Below, piece by piece: positions 62,747 to 64,000 of a stretch of DNA of 64,000 bases. A program made the translations under genes and the position numbers. Under the pieces are notes generated by a model that worked only from the letters and a program-made list of their open reading frames with translations, did no database searches and was not told the DNA's origin. Source of the DNA: an uncultured archaeon. GTDB taxonomy: Archaea > Aenigmatarchaeota > Aenigmatarchaeia > QMZP01. How positions within the stretch are numbered: the stretch's first letter is position 1; the number at the start of each line of letters is the position of its first letter. The stretch is from the NCBI GenBank assembly GCA_964484305.1, contig CAZAEI010000003.1:4672-68671 (forward strand), given 5' to 3'.

Positions 62747-63755
62747 GAAGATGAAGGGTGGGGAACTAACGGTATTCTTTATCATTGCAGGAGCAGCAGC
62801 CCTTGTCGGGCTTTTTATAATACTGAACATGATTCATACGAATTCAGTTCTCCAGGTAAAGAAGACAATAACACTCTCCACTGACCTGAGCGACCAGGGG
62901 ACGGCTGCCCTGGGCCTTCTGAACAGGGAACATCAGGGAAAGAAGTACATAACTGTTTTGGGAGAATCAGTTGCAGAAAACTATGCTTCACAACCCCAGG
63001 ATGCCTACAATTCCCTCAAGGCCACACTCAAGGAGCTAGAGAAGGGTTTCAGCTTTAAATTCCAGGAGAACCCCGACCTCAATACAGGGGAGCCCCAGAA
63101 ATCCGCGACATATGGGGAATGCGGTCACACAGAATCAGACCTTGGCATAAAGCTGACCTGGCCTTCTGAAACCGAGAGGGTCACATCTGGCTTCGGCTAC
63201 AGGAACACCCCGAGGCCCTGCTACTGCCACAGCGGCCTGGACATAGCCAGCGGGCAAGGAAAAGGCGATGAGGCCAGGGCTGCATACGACGGAACGGTCA
63301 TCTTCCTTTACGACAACTGCAAGGAATCCCCCAACTGCTTCCTAGAACCGGACAATAGTAACTGCGGGTGCGGCAGCGGTTATGGAAACAGAATCACATT
63401 GAAACACATTTCCACGAACGGCATGGAGTTCTACACCCACTACTGCCACCTCAGTGAAATCAATGTAGAGAACAGGCAGGAAGTCAGGGCCGGCCAGGTC
63501 ATTGCAAAGACAGGCAACACAGGCCGCTCAGAGGCAATCCACCTACACTTTGAGCTGTCCACAGCAGAAAAACCAACAAAGGATACCAATGCAATCAATC
63601 CCTGCCCGTATTTTGATAACCCTCCTGACAAATGCCAGCAGGTCGAGACAGAGAGTTGTGATGTGACAGCAGGGGCCAACACATTCAATGTTGAAATACC
63701 CCTTCCCGGTGCTGTAACAGGTAAGCTGAAGGGAAAGGTTGTGATGGAAAAATGA
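62739..63755 (+). CDS. M23 (LytM/lysostaphin-type) metallopeptidase with prepilin-like N-terminus
   Basis: 338 aa; MSRKMKG|GELTVFFIIAGAAALVGLFIIL. M23 motifs HSGLDIA (HxxxD) and AIHLHFE (HxH), with a Cys-rich insert between them. Confidence 0.9.
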   Translation: MSRKMKGGELTVFFIIAGAAALVGLFIILNMIHTNSVLQVKKTITLSTDLSDQGTAALGLLNREHQGKKYITVLGESVAENYASQPQDAYNSLKATLKELEKGFSFKFQENPDLNTGEPQKSATYGECGHTESDLGIKLTWPSETERVTSGFGYRNTPRPCYCHSGLDIASGQGKGDEARAAYDGTVIFLYDNCKESPNCFLEPDNSNCGCGSGYGNRITLKHISTNGMEFYTHYCHLSEINVENRQEVRAGQVIAKTGNTGRSEAIHLHFELSTAEKPTKDTNAINPCPYFDNPPDKCQQVETESCDVTAGANTFNVEIPLPGAVTGKLKGKVVMEK

Positions 63756-64000
63756 CAAAAAAAAGAAAGGGAATAGCTGACATAATGATTCTTATGGGAA
63801 TGATAATAGGGATTGTGTTAATCTTCTTCGATTTCACCCCATTCTGGGCCGAGGGCGATACCTACAGGGTTGTCCTCCATACGCACATGTACGGCATGAG
63901 CAATGCCCTGGATGGCGCCGAACTCTACGTTTCCACATCCCTGGACTATTCAGTCTACCAGGCAATCTATGACGCCCTTAAAGGTTTCAACAGCGAGACC
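63752..64000 (+). CDS. prepilin-like N-terminus protein, partial (runs off window)
   Basis: MTKKRKG|IADIMILMGMIIGIVLIFF...; ATGA overlap with the M23 gene. Confidence 0.55.
   Translation, partial: MTKKRKGIADIMILMGMIIGIVLIFFDFTPFWAEGDTYRVVLHTHMYGMSNALDGAELYVSTSLDYSVYQAIYDALKGFNSET

Noticed and set aside
1-64000. Search for CRISPR arrays, rRNA genes, SRP RNA/RNase P RNA, inteins, transposase-bearing IS elements
   Set aside because: I found no regularly spaced direct repeats, no rRNA-like conserved blocks and no transposase or integrase ORFs. The structured region at 863-1135 that initially looked like a 7S/RNase P-type RNA resolves into an intron-laden tRNA-Leu.

Overview
This is an archaeal chromosomal segment. 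Evidence: proteasome alpha/beta, exosome Rrp4/Rrp41/Rrp42, aCPSF1, Orc1/Cdc6, aIF5B, prefoldin, RpoP, SepF+FtsZ, and the ether-lipid genes G1P dehydrogenase + GGGP synthase. The GC-rich housekeeping backbone is interrupted by visibly AT-richer islands: a tRNA-Thr-linked toxin-antitoxin island, a sugar/trehalase island, a YkgJ-like gene, a DGR cassette, a LAGLIDADG endonuclease gene, and a surface-protein cluster. No rRNA genes or CRISPR arrays were found. Three things stand out. (1) A complete diversity-generating retroelement (target gene, VR, TR, Avd, RT). Its template repeat carries a 24-nt insert with bulge-helix-bulge (BHB) geometry that is precisely absent from the variable repeat, so VR looks copied from a spliced TR RNA. 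(2) BHB splicing appears pervasive. All four tRNA genes carry 1-3 introns (9 in total, several at non-canonical positions). The aIF5B gene is interrupted inside its P-loop (GH|VDHGKT) by a 30-nt stop-containing insert with BHB geometry whose predicted excision restores the frame. (3) A cluster of more than 7 kb (56.5 kb to the window end) encodes at least 9 proteins, most with prepilin-like (class III signal peptide) N-termini. They include a GH23/SLT lytic transglycosylase and an M23 peptidase, which are murein hydrolases in a murein-less archaeon. Two of its transcription units are preceded by an identical 17-bp perfect palindrome. All calls come from reading the sequence and ORF translations; no database search was run.
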